The notes under the pieces were generated by a model. That model was not told where the DNA came from, searched no databases, and saw only the letters and a program-made list of their open reading frames with translations. From positions 74,656 through 138,655 of IMG/VR virus record IMGVR_UViG_3300047553_000365: a stretch of 64,000 nt of DNA; one strand, 5' to 3'. Position 1 is the first letter of the stretch, and every line of letters starts with the position of its first letter. The position numbers and the translations under genes were made by a program. Origin of the DNA: a virus. This document shows, one piece after another, positions 8,895 through 17,278 of the stretch.

Positions 8895-9533
8895 TTACTT
8901 CTTAGTTAAAGGGGTGGCACTACTAAGTTGATTATTTTCAATCAAAAACACTTCACCATTCTTAGGACTTTTATACGATTCAAATTCTTCAACAGTCCAT
9001 CCAAAAAGATACATGAGATACACCTTGTTGAATTCACCATGAGAAACCACAATGTTATTACTAGATGCATTATTAAGAAGATGTTGGTGAAAGATCATAG
9101 CTCTCTGATAACAGTCAGCAAAACTTTCTCCCCCATCAGGTCTATTATAGAAGTTGAAATCATGTTCAGTATGAAGTTTATTAAAGGTTAGTTCTCTAAG
9201 CTTTCCCCATTCCCTTTCTCTAAGAATAGGCATAGTAAAATGCTTACCAAAAGAATACATGGGAATACCACTTAGTTCATACTTAATAACACTAGCAGTT
9301 TGTTTTGCCCTCCTAAATGTAGAGGTAAACATATTAAACATTTGCGGTGTATGAGTAGGATACTCTACTTGATTATCAAATCTATCAAGTAACTGAATAA
9401 TCTTCTTTGCTGCTAAAGATGCGTGTCCCGTTCCTTTAGCAGTAAGTTGAATATCTGCATCATGTTTAGTGAAGTAAACAGAATGATCTGCATTACCTTC
9501 TGATTCTCCATGTCTGACTAGCCAAATTCTCAT
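8895..9533 (-). CDS. histidine phosphatase (PGAM-like)
   Basis: LVRHGESEGN, RAKQTA, LREREWG, GGES, VVSHG. Confidence 0.9.
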   Translation of the reverse strand: MRIWLVRHGESEGNADHSVYFTKHDADIQLTAKGTGHASLAAKKIIQLLDRFDNQVEYPTHTPQMFNMFTSTFRRAKQTASVIKYELSGIPMYSFGKHFTMPILREREWGKLRELTFNKLHTEHDFNFYNRPDGGESFADCYQRAMIFHQHLLNNASSNNIVVSHGEFNKVYLMYLFGWTVEEFESYKSPKNGEVFLIENNQLSSATPLTKK

Positions 9534-9661
9534 GATTCTTCTTTGATTTGTTTTTTACCGTCTTTTCTTACACGCTTATTTTGTGGTTTTTTCCAATCTC
9601 GTAGATGTTTCCACCGTTGGACAGTTTTAACTGAACCTTTGCCTTTAGATGAAGATGCCAT
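9530..9661 (-). CDS. small basic protein
   Basis: Start moved to MASSSKGK, directly after the upstream stop; Lys/Arg rich. Confidence 0.5.
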   Translation of the reverse strand: MASSSKGKGSVKTVQRWKHLRDWKKPQNKRVRKDGKKQIKEES

Positions 9662-9662
9662 A

Positions 9663-10391
9663 TCAGTTTCCTTTAAGATTAATAGGTTTTTCTCTGTCAG
9701 TAATTCTAAAGACAGGATGCGGAGTAAAGCCACCTTGATAAGTTCCCCAAGGGGGAGTCATATTATCACCAGTAACATCACAATACTTTGCAATATTAGG
9801 ATACCACTTCTTGTTACTGATTAAACCAACCTTGTCCTTATGAACAAAAATATGATAACCACCACGGGTTTCCACAACATCACAATAACCTTCGCAAAGG
9901 TCAATACACTCCATAATAGTCTTTTCATCCTTGGAGTCAAGATCAAAAGGAATATATTTTTTATTGCTACTGCAAGACCTTTGAATCTCACTAAGAATTT
10001 CCGCATGAGGATTTGCATTCTTGGAAGAACATTCCAATAGAGTAGCTAAAACGCTAATACCCTTAAGAGTAGCCTTCCATAGATCCCTAGGATTAGGAGT
10101 AACATATAATGCAAGTGCCTCTTGAGGAACAGGCTTATCTTGCTCTCCCTTAACTCTATATGCACCAAGCTTACATTCAAGCTGTGCTACCTTACCATAA
10201 AAGTATTCCTTATCGGTGGTGAACCTCTTAAGTTGTCCTTTGTCACTTTTAATCCAAGGCATATCGTGACAATACTTCTTACGACAAAAAAGACAACCAT
10301 AGTATTTCTCATTTACTTCCAGATCAGGAAGCCAATCAATAAATTCTCGGAAAAGTTTATCATCAGTAATAATTTGATAAGTTTCGCTCAT
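9663..10391 (-). CDS. putative archaeo-eukaryotic primase (AEP) superfamily protein
   Basis: IPFDLD (DxD), ETRGGYHIF (T-x-x-G-x-H), later CDV acidic residue. Confidence 0.5.
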   Translation of the reverse strand: MSETYQIITDDKLFREFIDWLPDLEVNEKYYGCLFCRKKYCHDMPWIKSDKGQLKRFTTDKEYFYGKVAQLECKLGAYRVKGEQDKPVPQEALALYVTPNPRDLWKATLKGISVLATLLECSSKNANPHAEILSEIQRSCSSNKKYIPFDLDSKDEKTIMECIDLCEGYCDVVETRGGYHIFVHKDKVGLISNKKWYPNIAKYCDVTGDNMTPPWGTYQGGFTPHPVFRITDREKPINLKGN

Positions 10392-10397
10392 GACCCC

Positions 10398-10418
10398 ACT
10401 ATACCTCGGTTTTAATTA
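10398..10418 (-). promoter_or_regulatory. early/middle promoter, leaderless
   Basis: TAATTAAAACCG-AGG-TATAGT-6 nt-ATG(10391). Confidence 0.8.
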
Positions 10419-10600
10419 ATAAACTTCTCTGCCTCTTTCTCTGTCTTTAACAGAATTTTCTTAGAGACTTCCAACATACTAAGAGCAAATTCATCAGGAA
10501 GTTTTTTAACATGTTCTTCCCAAAATAAAACATAACCCTTGGCATTCATTAAGCGTCTACTATAGATGCGCTTAATTCTATATTCATCATTCTCTTCCAT
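10412..10600 (-). CDS. hypothetical protein
   Basis: TAATG coupling to the ligase; its stop codon lies inside the promoter box. Confidence 0.55.
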   Translation of the reverse strand: MEENDEYRIKRIYSRRLMNAKGYVLFWEEHVKKLPDEFALSMLEVSKKILLKTEKEAEKFIN

Positions 10601-11706
10601 TATTCAAAGTCTCTAATTCCGTAAACGAACGGGAACCTAGGAATAAGCTTATCAGGAGTAAGATTGAAATATCTTACAGTTGCTTTCTTACCAATATAGT
10701 TACCCTTATTCACCCAGAGTTCTTGTAAGTAGTCTCTATCACCCTTGATATTAGAATTAAACTGGTGTCCTAATTTGTTGACAAATACCATAGCACCTGC
10801 CAATCCGCTTCTATTACCATTTCCTTCAAGAATATCCATAATAACAAATTCATCATCTTGGAATTCCTTTCTCTTAAGAAGAGAAGCAGAACGCTTGAAT
10901 TCATACTTAGTATTCTCTCTCACCATTTGACCTTCATAACCATTATCAAGAAATTGCTCATACAGGGAATCTAATTGACTATTATTTTCCGCTAAGTATG
11001 TGGGAACAACTTTTATACCATATTCACCAAGATTAAATACCGTGTGAATGTGGTTAATTAAGTTGTTTCTTTCTGAAAATGTATTTGTATCATCGGCAAT
11101 ATCATACCACCAGAATTGAACCATGTTCTTACACTCATTCAAATCTTTAGCAGATGGTTTTTGTTTCTTAACCAATGAAGTGATCTTGTTAAAATCATCT
11201 TTCAGATTATGGTTGTAGAGTTCACCATCCAACACAAGGTCAGGATACATATTAAATACATTCTCAAGACCCTCTAAAATAAAGGGAATAGTCACCCATT
11301 TCTTACCATTTCTAGAGTATGCACCTTTACGGGAAATTACTGCTCTAAGACCATCAAGCTTTGGTTGACAGTAAAGAGGAAACTTAACCTTATCCTTACG
11401 ATCTTCCCACTTCTTGGCTAACATGGGTTCAACATATTGTTGAATGTCAATACTATTGATATCCTCATGATATCCTGTATCTTTTCTTTTTTGCCATGCT
11501 GCCTGTGCTTCAAACAATGCCTGTTCAGCAGGATTTCTCTGATTGGATCTACCAAAATTTGTAACATCACAAACAGTCCATTCAGTAGTTTGTAACTTAC
11601 CATCTAATTGACCATGAATAGTTCGATATATCTCACCCTCAATCTCAATAGTCCAAGTTTGAATTGCACCCGTATTTGTTCTTGAATATAGTGTAGGTAA
11701 TTTCAT
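10600..11706 (-). CDS. ATP-dependent DNA ligase with WGR-like N-terminal domain
   Basis: QPKLDGLR, LDGELY, EGQMVR, LLKRKEF, OB-fold PRFP. Confidence 0.92.
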   Translation of the reverse strand: MKLPTLYSRTNTGAIQTWTIEIEGEIYRTIHGQLDGKLQTTEWTVCDVTNFGRSNQRNPAEQALFEAQAAWQKRKDTGYHEDINSIDIQQYVEPMLAKKWEDRKDKVKFPLYCQPKLDGLRAVISRKGAYSRNGKKWVTIPFILEGLENVFNMYPDLVLDGELYNHNLKDDFNKITSLVKKQKPSAKDLNECKNMVQFWWYDIADDTNTFSERNNLINHIHTVFNLGEYGIKVVPTYLAENNSQLDSLYEQFLDNGYEGQMVRENTKYEFKRSASLLKRKEFQDDEFVIMDILEGNGNRSGLAGAMVFVNKLGHQFNSNIKGDRDYLQELWVNKGNYIGKKATVRYFNLTPDKLIPRFPFVYGIRDFE

Positions 11707-11708
11707 AA

Positions 11709-12116
11709 TTAAGATCCTGCATGTAATACTAATTCACCATTTTCCATACTATATCCTTCCAGATAACCATGATGGCCATCGTGGTTGTTCGCAAAGAATC
11801 TAAAGATATCCTTTATGGTAGGATTGGTAAACACTTGTGATTTGTTTTCCCAATCTTCAATACGAACAGTCAATTCCCCTTCATAAATTACTTCTTCATT
11901 GGAGAAGTCTGGATACTTAACAATCCATTCAGATCCTTTATCATCATCCCCATAATCAATCGAATCAAACATGGAAAATCTAGACCATGCATTGATAGTA
12001 TACCCACCATATGTTTTCCATTGTCTAGGTGCATGTTCTCCAATTAATTCTTCCCATTCTCCGCACATCTGGTCATAAGTTCCAGTCTTAACATTTTCTA
12101 GTGGTTTTTCGTTCAT
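11709..12116 (-). CDS. hypothetical protein
   Basis: ORF in operon. Confidence 0.6.
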   Translation of the reverse strand: MNEKPLENVKTGTYDQMCGEWEELIGEHAPRQWKTYGGYTINAWSRFSMFDSIDYGDDDKGSEWIVKYPDFSNEEVIYEGELTVRIEDWENKSQVFTNPTIKDIFRFFANNHDGHHGYLEGYSMENGELVLHAGS

Positions 12117-12412
12117 TTTCTTTTGGTCTTTTGTTTAAATTTCTTAAAATCATCATCAGATATCCAATCTACATCTTCTCTATAAAATTGGAATTCTACC
12201 TTACAATATTTTGGTTTAACATAAAGTATACCGTCCCCAATATCATCCTTGGTGAGAGTTCCAACAGTTACAAAATATTCCTCTACAGGAATTAGAGTGG
12301 TCGGTCTAATCTTTCTAGGAGAATACATAGAAATCTTAAAGGGATCTCTTAGATAACAGATAATCCTAGGCTGTTTCAACTTGATTTTATCACCTTTTCT
12401 TAGCGTGTCCAT
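12113..12412 (-). CDS. hypothetical protein
   Basis: Coupled ORF. Confidence 0.6.
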   Translation of the reverse strand: MDTLRKGDKIKLKQPRIICYLRDPFKISMYSPRKIRPTTLIPVEEYFVTVGTLTKDDIGDGILYVKPKYCKVEFQFYREDVDWISDDDFKKFKQKTKRK

Positions 12413-13770
12413 TAGCTTTCTTCCTCCATGTCAGATTCTCCATTGTCTCTAGATGCACTTTCCTTAATAACGAAATCAGGATTCTTAAACTTAAATGCTG
12501 GTCTAGTAGGCTTGCTTTCAATTCTTACAACAATACCTTCATTAACAACAGCATTCTTACTAAGGAAACATTGCTTCTTGAAATAGGTTTCCTTAAGCTT
12601 AGTAATGAAGTTTGTTCTCCAATCATCATCCACAGGAATATTAAACAGATCCTTGGCCAGTCCGTAGTAATGAATAGGAACAGTTTCCAATCCTCTATCC
12701 ACACAGAACTCAACCATAGACGGAAGAGAGAATTCGTGCTTTTCCGTAGAGCTAATATTTCTCACGACACGATAAACATAGAATCCAAGTTCACCCTTAG
12801 TTAAACCATAGTCATATCCCTTTTGAACACACTTCTCAGGAGATACCCATCCAACAATTTCTCCATAGATAAGATAATCGTCTGGAATGCTGTCCTTAAT
12901 TCTTTCGGAAATAACAGACCACACACCATTATCATTACCAGTTAAAATTCTGCTTCTAGATGCATACACATGACGATATTCTGTATTAGGAATACCTACC
13001 AAAAATCTGAATGGATTAAATCTCTTCTTACATTCCAGTTCTGCAAAGATAGCAGATGTGCCATGAAGCTTTTCAGACACAGTAATAATATCATCGGGAC
13101 TAATAAGAAACATATTCTTACCCAACTGTTCAGTCTTGTAATGAAAGGCAAATTGATTACCCACAATGCTCTTTTCCGCAGAAGGCTTACGGATAGCACT
13201 CTCCACAACATTGTATGCAGAGTTAAGAACCTTTCTAACGGGTCTTGGAAATATGCCAACGATCTTACCAAAGACTTTACGACACTTATTAGGTGTGCTT
13301 TGTGTTTGATTGCTAACTTTAACCTCTGGTCTTACATACTTAGTAACCAGTAGATCACTACCCACAGTATCAAATTCTTTACCAAGAGCAAACACAGATT
13401 CATTCACCTTGTAATATTCTGCAAGTTTGGAAACCTTAAACACAAATCCCTGACTAGGAACTTCACGAAGTCTAATAGCCTTTACACGGCATTGCTTACC
13501 AAAGAATCCTTTGGTCTTACCATCGCTATTAAGTTCTGGTCTGTCCAGAAGATTAGCCCAAGAAAGAAACTTTTTATCAATGCAACATTCCACAGGAAAA
13601 TACACCAATAGTTCCCCTTCCTGATAAGTGCCTTTTTGAATGATAATTTCATTACCGAAAATATCAATCAGAGAAAGCTTATCAGCATTAGGATGATCCT
13701 TAATTGTTGGACACTTTACAACTGTGGCCAAATAGTTAGGATCTGCTGTTTCGGAAATAGTAAGTTTCAT
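12412..13770 (-). CDS. RNA ligase, DRB0094/Rnl5-like with N-terminal OB domain
   Basis: HPNADKL, RVKAIRLR.VPSQG, motif I SEKLHGTS, YGEIVG, NEGIVVR, FKFK. Confidence 0.85.
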   Translation of the reverse strand: MKLTISETADPNYLATVVKCPTIKDHPNADKLSLIDIFGNEIIIQKGTYQEGELLVYFPVECCIDKKFLSWANLLDRPELNSDGKTKGFFGKQCRVKAIRLREVPSQGFVFKVSKLAEYYKVNESVFALGKEFDTVGSDLLVTKYVRPEVKVSNQTQSTPNKCRKVFGKIVGIFPRPVRKVLNSAYNVVESAIRKPSAEKSIVGNQFAFHYKTEQLGKNMFLISPDDIITVSEKLHGTSAIFAELECKKRFNPFRFLVGIPNTEYRHVYASRSRILTGNDNGVWSVISERIKDSIPDDYLIYGEIVGWVSPEKCVQKGYDYGLTKGELGFYVYRVVRNISSTEKHEFSLPSMVEFCVDRGLETVPIHYYGLAKDLFNIPVDDDWRTNFITKLKETYFKKQCFLSKNAVVNEGIVVRIESKPTRPAFKFKNPDFVIKESASRDNGESDMEEES

Positions 13771-14282
13771 AGCGGAATACGAATTGAAGATTGGTTTTTT
13801 GTATTTGTGGGATTAAGTTTATAGACGATGAATTCAACATTGAATAGATGTTCCATGTCTTCAAGAATAGCTTCCACTACTCTCCAAGAACCTCCTGCAC
13901 GATCACAGCCCATCTTATAGGGAACACCAATCTTGATAGGAAAGTAACCATCATACAGATTATCGAAAGCTTCGCAAGCTTTAAAAATAGAATTATATAG
14001 GTGGTCATATGAACAGTTCCTATTAAGAGGATTGCCATCGCATCCAACACCAACTTGCCCATAGAGATTAACCACTAGCCTATTATCTGGCAAGGTGGCA
14101 ATGGTAGAACTTCCAAGCCTATCCTCTGGTGCAGCATCCCATGCATTATCTGCCTGTTCCACTTGGGGCCATTTAACCCTAAGTGCCAATGCAACACCAC
14201 TACCCATAACTTTATGAGCATTGGCACAATGCATAGCAACATCCCAATCCCCTTCCAGAAGATCACCATCAATAGTTTTCAT
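13767..14282 (-). CDS. macro domain protein (Poa1p/TARG1-like)
   Basis: GDLL, HCANAHKVMGSGVA, VNLYGQ, MGCDRAGGSW. Confidence 0.85.
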   Translation of the reverse strand: MKTIDGDLLEGDWDVAMHCANAHKVMGSGVALALRVKWPQVEQADNAWDAAPEDRLGSSTIATLPDNRLVVNLYGQVGVGCDGNPLNRNCSYDHLYNSIFKACEAFDNLYDGYFPIKIGVPYKMGCDRAGGSWRVVEAILEDMEHLFNVEFIVYKLNPTNTKNQSSIRIPL

Positions 14283-14288
14283 GCGCCT

Positions 14289-14309
14289 AGTATGAGTCGG
14301 TTTTAATTA
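14289..14309 (-). promoter_or_regulatory. early/middle promoter, leaderless
   Basis: TAATTAAAACCG-ACT-CATACT-6 nt-ATG(14282). Confidence 0.75.
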
Positions 14310-14711
14310 CACTCTTTGGTCGGTTTTTATGAATGATTCTACATCGAAAGAATTTACTACATTATATTCCAGACCGGGATAATGCATTTCCATATATAAA
14401 TCTAGTTCATCTCTATTTTGAGCAGCCACAAAATATGTCTTTTGTTCACTATCTTCCACAAACAATTCATAGATGGTATGAACAATGGTGTCGTAGTAAA
14501 TGATTGAAAATAATTTACCCCAAGCTATTCTCCCAATATACTCCCATGAAAACAAAAACACAGAAGCTACCATCCATAGATTTCTATGTTCAATATTAAA
14601 GACTCCTCCAAAATGAAGGACTAGGTAAAAGCTTATAATAGTCCAAAACCATGCGGCAAAATCAAAATGTGATTTATATTTGTAATATATTTTTGGATTT
14701 CCTTCAGGCAT
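14307..14711 (-). CDS. hypothetical membrane protein
   Basis: Two hydrophobic segments. Confidence 0.6.
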   Translation of the reverse strand: MPEGNPKIYYKYKSHFDFAAWFWTIISFYLVLHFGGVFNIEHRNLWMVASVFLFSWEYIGRIAWGKLFSIIYYDTIVHTIYELFVEDSEQKTYFVAAQNRDELDLYMEMHYPGLEYNVVNSFDVESFIKTDQRV

Positions 14712-14979
14712 TTTTTTGTTTCTCTCTAATTTTTCTTTCTAGTATATCTAACTTAACAGTTATATCAGTCTTTTTAGGATTAGCATCTTCAATCCGTAGC
14801 AATGAAAAATACTTTTTCTTCAGTTCCTCAAGTTCTAGATCAACCACAGGTTCTTTCTTTACAGCCTTTTTCTTAGCAGTAATTTTCTTTGGTTTCTTCT
14901 CTTTTTTTGCTGATTCTTCAGGCTCCATATTCAAAGTAATCTTCCTTTTTACCATAGGCAGTAAAGACTTTAACATCAT
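14704..14979 (-). CDS. hypothetical Lys-rich protein
   Basis: ORF in operon. Confidence 0.55.
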   Translation of the reverse strand: MMLKSLLPMVKRKITLNMEPEESAKKEKKPKKITAKKKAVKKEPVVDLELEELKKKYFSLLRIEDANPKKTDITVKLDILERKIREKQKNA

Positions 14980-15235
14980 CGTCTAATCTGGCCACAATGT
15001 CTTTGGTATTTAATCTGGATATAAGTTCTGCACAATCTGTTTTGAAATCATGACTCCAATATCCACACCCCCAATGTCCAATAACTCCCTCACAACATTT
15101 ACAGTGAACTTCATATTCCAATACTGGTCCTAATGTTTCCAATCTATCAATAATTTTTTCCTGAAAATCCGTAGATCCACAGAAATAGCACTTTATGGGC
15201 TTACCAATAGTATTATAGTAATCACTGACTTTCAT
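14918..15235 (-). CDS. Zn-ribbon protein
   Basis: CYFC...CKCC. Confidence 0.55.
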   Translation of the reverse strand: MKVSDYYNTIGKPIKCYFCGSTDFQEKIIDRLETLGPVLEYEVHCKCCEGVIGHWGCGYWSHDFKTDCAELISRLNTKDIVARLDDDVKVFTAYGKKEDYFEYGA

Positions 15236-15392
15236 AATCTTCTACATCGTAGTTGTAATCTATCTCCCAGCAGTTTATACCACAACAAGGGCATCCTGTC
15301 AACCATGCATCCCCTCCTAATTCATCAAGAGAGTAGAATCTTTGTTCTGCATGACACCATCCATCATATTCGTTTTCTTCTTCGATATTCAT
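15222..15392 (-). CDS. 56-aa acidic Cys-containing protein (not in ORF track)
   Basis: Hand translation MNIEEENEYDGWCHAEQ...GCPCCGINCWEIDY...ESQ*; ATGA overlap with the YopX stop. Confidence 0.55.
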   Translation of the reverse strand: MNIEEENEYDGWCHAEQRFYSLDELGGDAWLTGCPCCGINCWEIDYNYDVEDYESQ

Positions 15393-15787
15393 TTTACTGT
15401 GGTTTTAATTAAATTATTATTTTCATTAACATTTCCTATTATGGTTAATTTATCGAAAGAGTCTTGTGATGTTACAACTCTACCAACAACTTCTGGCTCC
15501 CCGTTCCCCATAGCTCTATATATGTAGGGAGTATTAAATCCACCATTGTAGTAATCCATATGATAGAGAAATTTTACACCACTTTCAGAACTACTCAATC
15601 CCGTAATAGGATTAGCTTCTAAAATATCTCCCTCATATATATCGTTACCTTTGGAATCTTTAAATCCAGTATATTGTTCAACCTTACACCAATATAGAGG
15701 AAATGAAAAGTCTTTAAACATTTTAAGTTCTCCATATTGGTATTTTTTCTGTTGGTCATACCATGCTCTAAATTTTAGTTCTCTCAT
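15389..15787 (-). CDS. YopX family protein
   Basis: LKFRAWY, EQYTGFKDSKGNDIYEGD, IIGNVNEN. Confidence 0.9.
   Translation of the reverse strand: MRELKFRAWYDQQKKYQYGELKMFKDFSFPLYWCKVEQYTGFKDSKGNDIYEGDILEANPITGLSSSESGVKFLYHMDYYNGGFNTPYIYRAMGNGEPEVVGRVVTSQDSFDKLTIIGNVNENNNLIKTTVK
15391..15411 (-). promoter_or_regulatory. variant early/middle promoter at the YopX 3' end
   Basis: TAATTAAAACCA-CAG-TAAAAT. Confidence 0.5.
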
Positions 15788-16629
15788 ATTCTCATTCTCA
15801 CATCATCACAAATGCATTCCATAAATTCCAACTCATTCAGAATATATGATGCACATTCTTCTGTTACTCTTCTTTCAGTTCTATGAAAATGACCATGAAA
15901 TGATTTCTTCGGTTTTGCCAGATCGAAAAGTTTATCATGTAATTTTCTTTCCATTACACATTCTTCCCAGAGTGTTTTGTCATTAACACACCAAGTAGCT
16001 ATTCCATCTTTTCTATTTGGACCTAACCAACTAGGAGCAGAATGAGTTATTAGAACATCACACTCCACCACTTTACTCTCATCAAGATAAAATCGTTCAT
16101 CGGGCCAATAGTCAACACCTTCAACTCTATATTTTCTATCAATGGAAATTCCTCCACCGACAAATAGAAACTTTTTACCATTGATAGTCTTTACCGTATA
16201 ATCAGGTAAAAACTCAATGTTAGAAAGACATGTTATTCTCCAATCCCCATTAAAGTAATCAGGATTGTCATGATTTCCACGGATGACATACAGTTGTATG
16301 TTTCTTTCAGCCAAGACTTCATTTAACTTTGATTGTAATTCAATCTCATCACCAATCTTGCGCTTGAAACCTATACCATAATCTCCAACTTGAATTATGA
16401 TACAATCTCTAAAATCTTCTTTAATGATCCTTTCTTTGAATCTAGTAAATCCTCCATGAAGATCACCAACCACAAGAACCATAGTGTAAAATGTGTAAGG
16501 AGCATTTTCCTCCACATTTTTCTTCTTTTTATTCGGGCCTACATTATCCCACAAGGGAGATTTATTCCAAGCCTTAATATCATTCACCCTACTAGTCGGG
16601 CCTTTTCCACCATGCCATTGTCCTTTCAT
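15784..16629 (-). CDS. calcineurin-like metallophosphoesterase
   Basis: VGDLHG, VGDYG, RGNHD, ITHSAP, FHGHFH. Confidence 0.9.
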   Translation of the reverse strand: MKGQWHGGKGPTSRVNDIKAWNKSPLWDNVGPNKKKKNVEENAPYTFYTMVLVVGDLHGGFTRFKERIIKEDFRDCIIIQVGDYGIGFKRKIGDEIELQSKLNEVLAERNIQLYVIRGNHDNPDYFNGDWRITCLSNIEFLPDYTVKTINGKKFLFVGGGISIDRKYRVEGVDYWPDERFYLDESKVVECDVLITHSAPSWLGPNRKDGIATWCVNDKTLWEECVMERKLHDKLFDLAKPKKSFHGHFHRTERRVTEECASYILNELEFMECICDDVRMRI

Positions 16630-17051
16630 TGTGATAAAATTTTTCTTATAATCGGTCTTGCTCTAGCATTTGCAGAATGCACATAAAACTTAGGAATAGG
16701 GACTTCCGCAAGCTTACACGCACTCACTAAATATTGAGCGCAATGCGCTCCTGTCTTAATATCAAAATTCTCCCAATTTTCCATGAGAAATTGGGCTGCT
16801 AACTTCTTACTAGTTCTATTTTCGGCTAATTCATATGCCACATCCCACAGATCATTATCAAAACTGACAACATCAGGAATACCCACGGTATCAATGTAGT
16901 TTACAAACTCATCGTAGGATCTTACAATGTCCCACTTCCATACAGGTATACCAGAATAAACAATCAGATTAGCATCCTCATCCCACAGGTGAGCATGTTC
17001 TGGTTGTCTATCATCATCCAAGAATAGAAATCTCTTTTCCTTTATATCCAT
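16626..17051 (-). CDS. cyclic-phosphate-processing receiver domain protein
   Basis: LFLDDDRQP, VRSYDEF, VSFDNDL, KTGAHCA, VHSAN. Confidence 0.75.
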   Translation of the reverse strand: MDIKEKRFLFLDDDRQPEHAHLWDEDANLIVYSGIPVWKWDIVRSYDEFVNYIDTVGIPDVVSFDNDLWDVAYELAENRTSKKLAAQFLMENWENFDIKTGAHCAQYLVSACKLAEVPIPKFYVHSANARARPIIRKILSQ

Positions 17052-17278
17052 GTTAAATCTATTTCTAATTGTAAGTCTTCCGAACCTTCTGGTTTAGTGA
17101 CTATTCCCTCTGAAAGAAAATAGTCCAGATAATCAAGCAGTTTCTTATTAAGAAACCATTTTGAATCTCTCTTCATTTTAGGCATTGCCATTAATACTAC
17201 TAATGCTCCAATTTCTTCTAATGTTAAGCTATCGGAAGCAATGTCTAACGGCAGGGTTATTTCTTCTTTATTATCCAT
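17042..17278 (-). CDS. hypothetical protein
   Basis: Start moved to MDNKEE, overlapping the RadA stop. Confidence 0.5.
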   Translation of the reverse strand: MDNKEEITLPLDIASDSLTLEEIGALVVLMAMPKMKRDSKWFLNKKLLDYLDYFLSEGIVTKPEGSEDLQLEIDLTWI

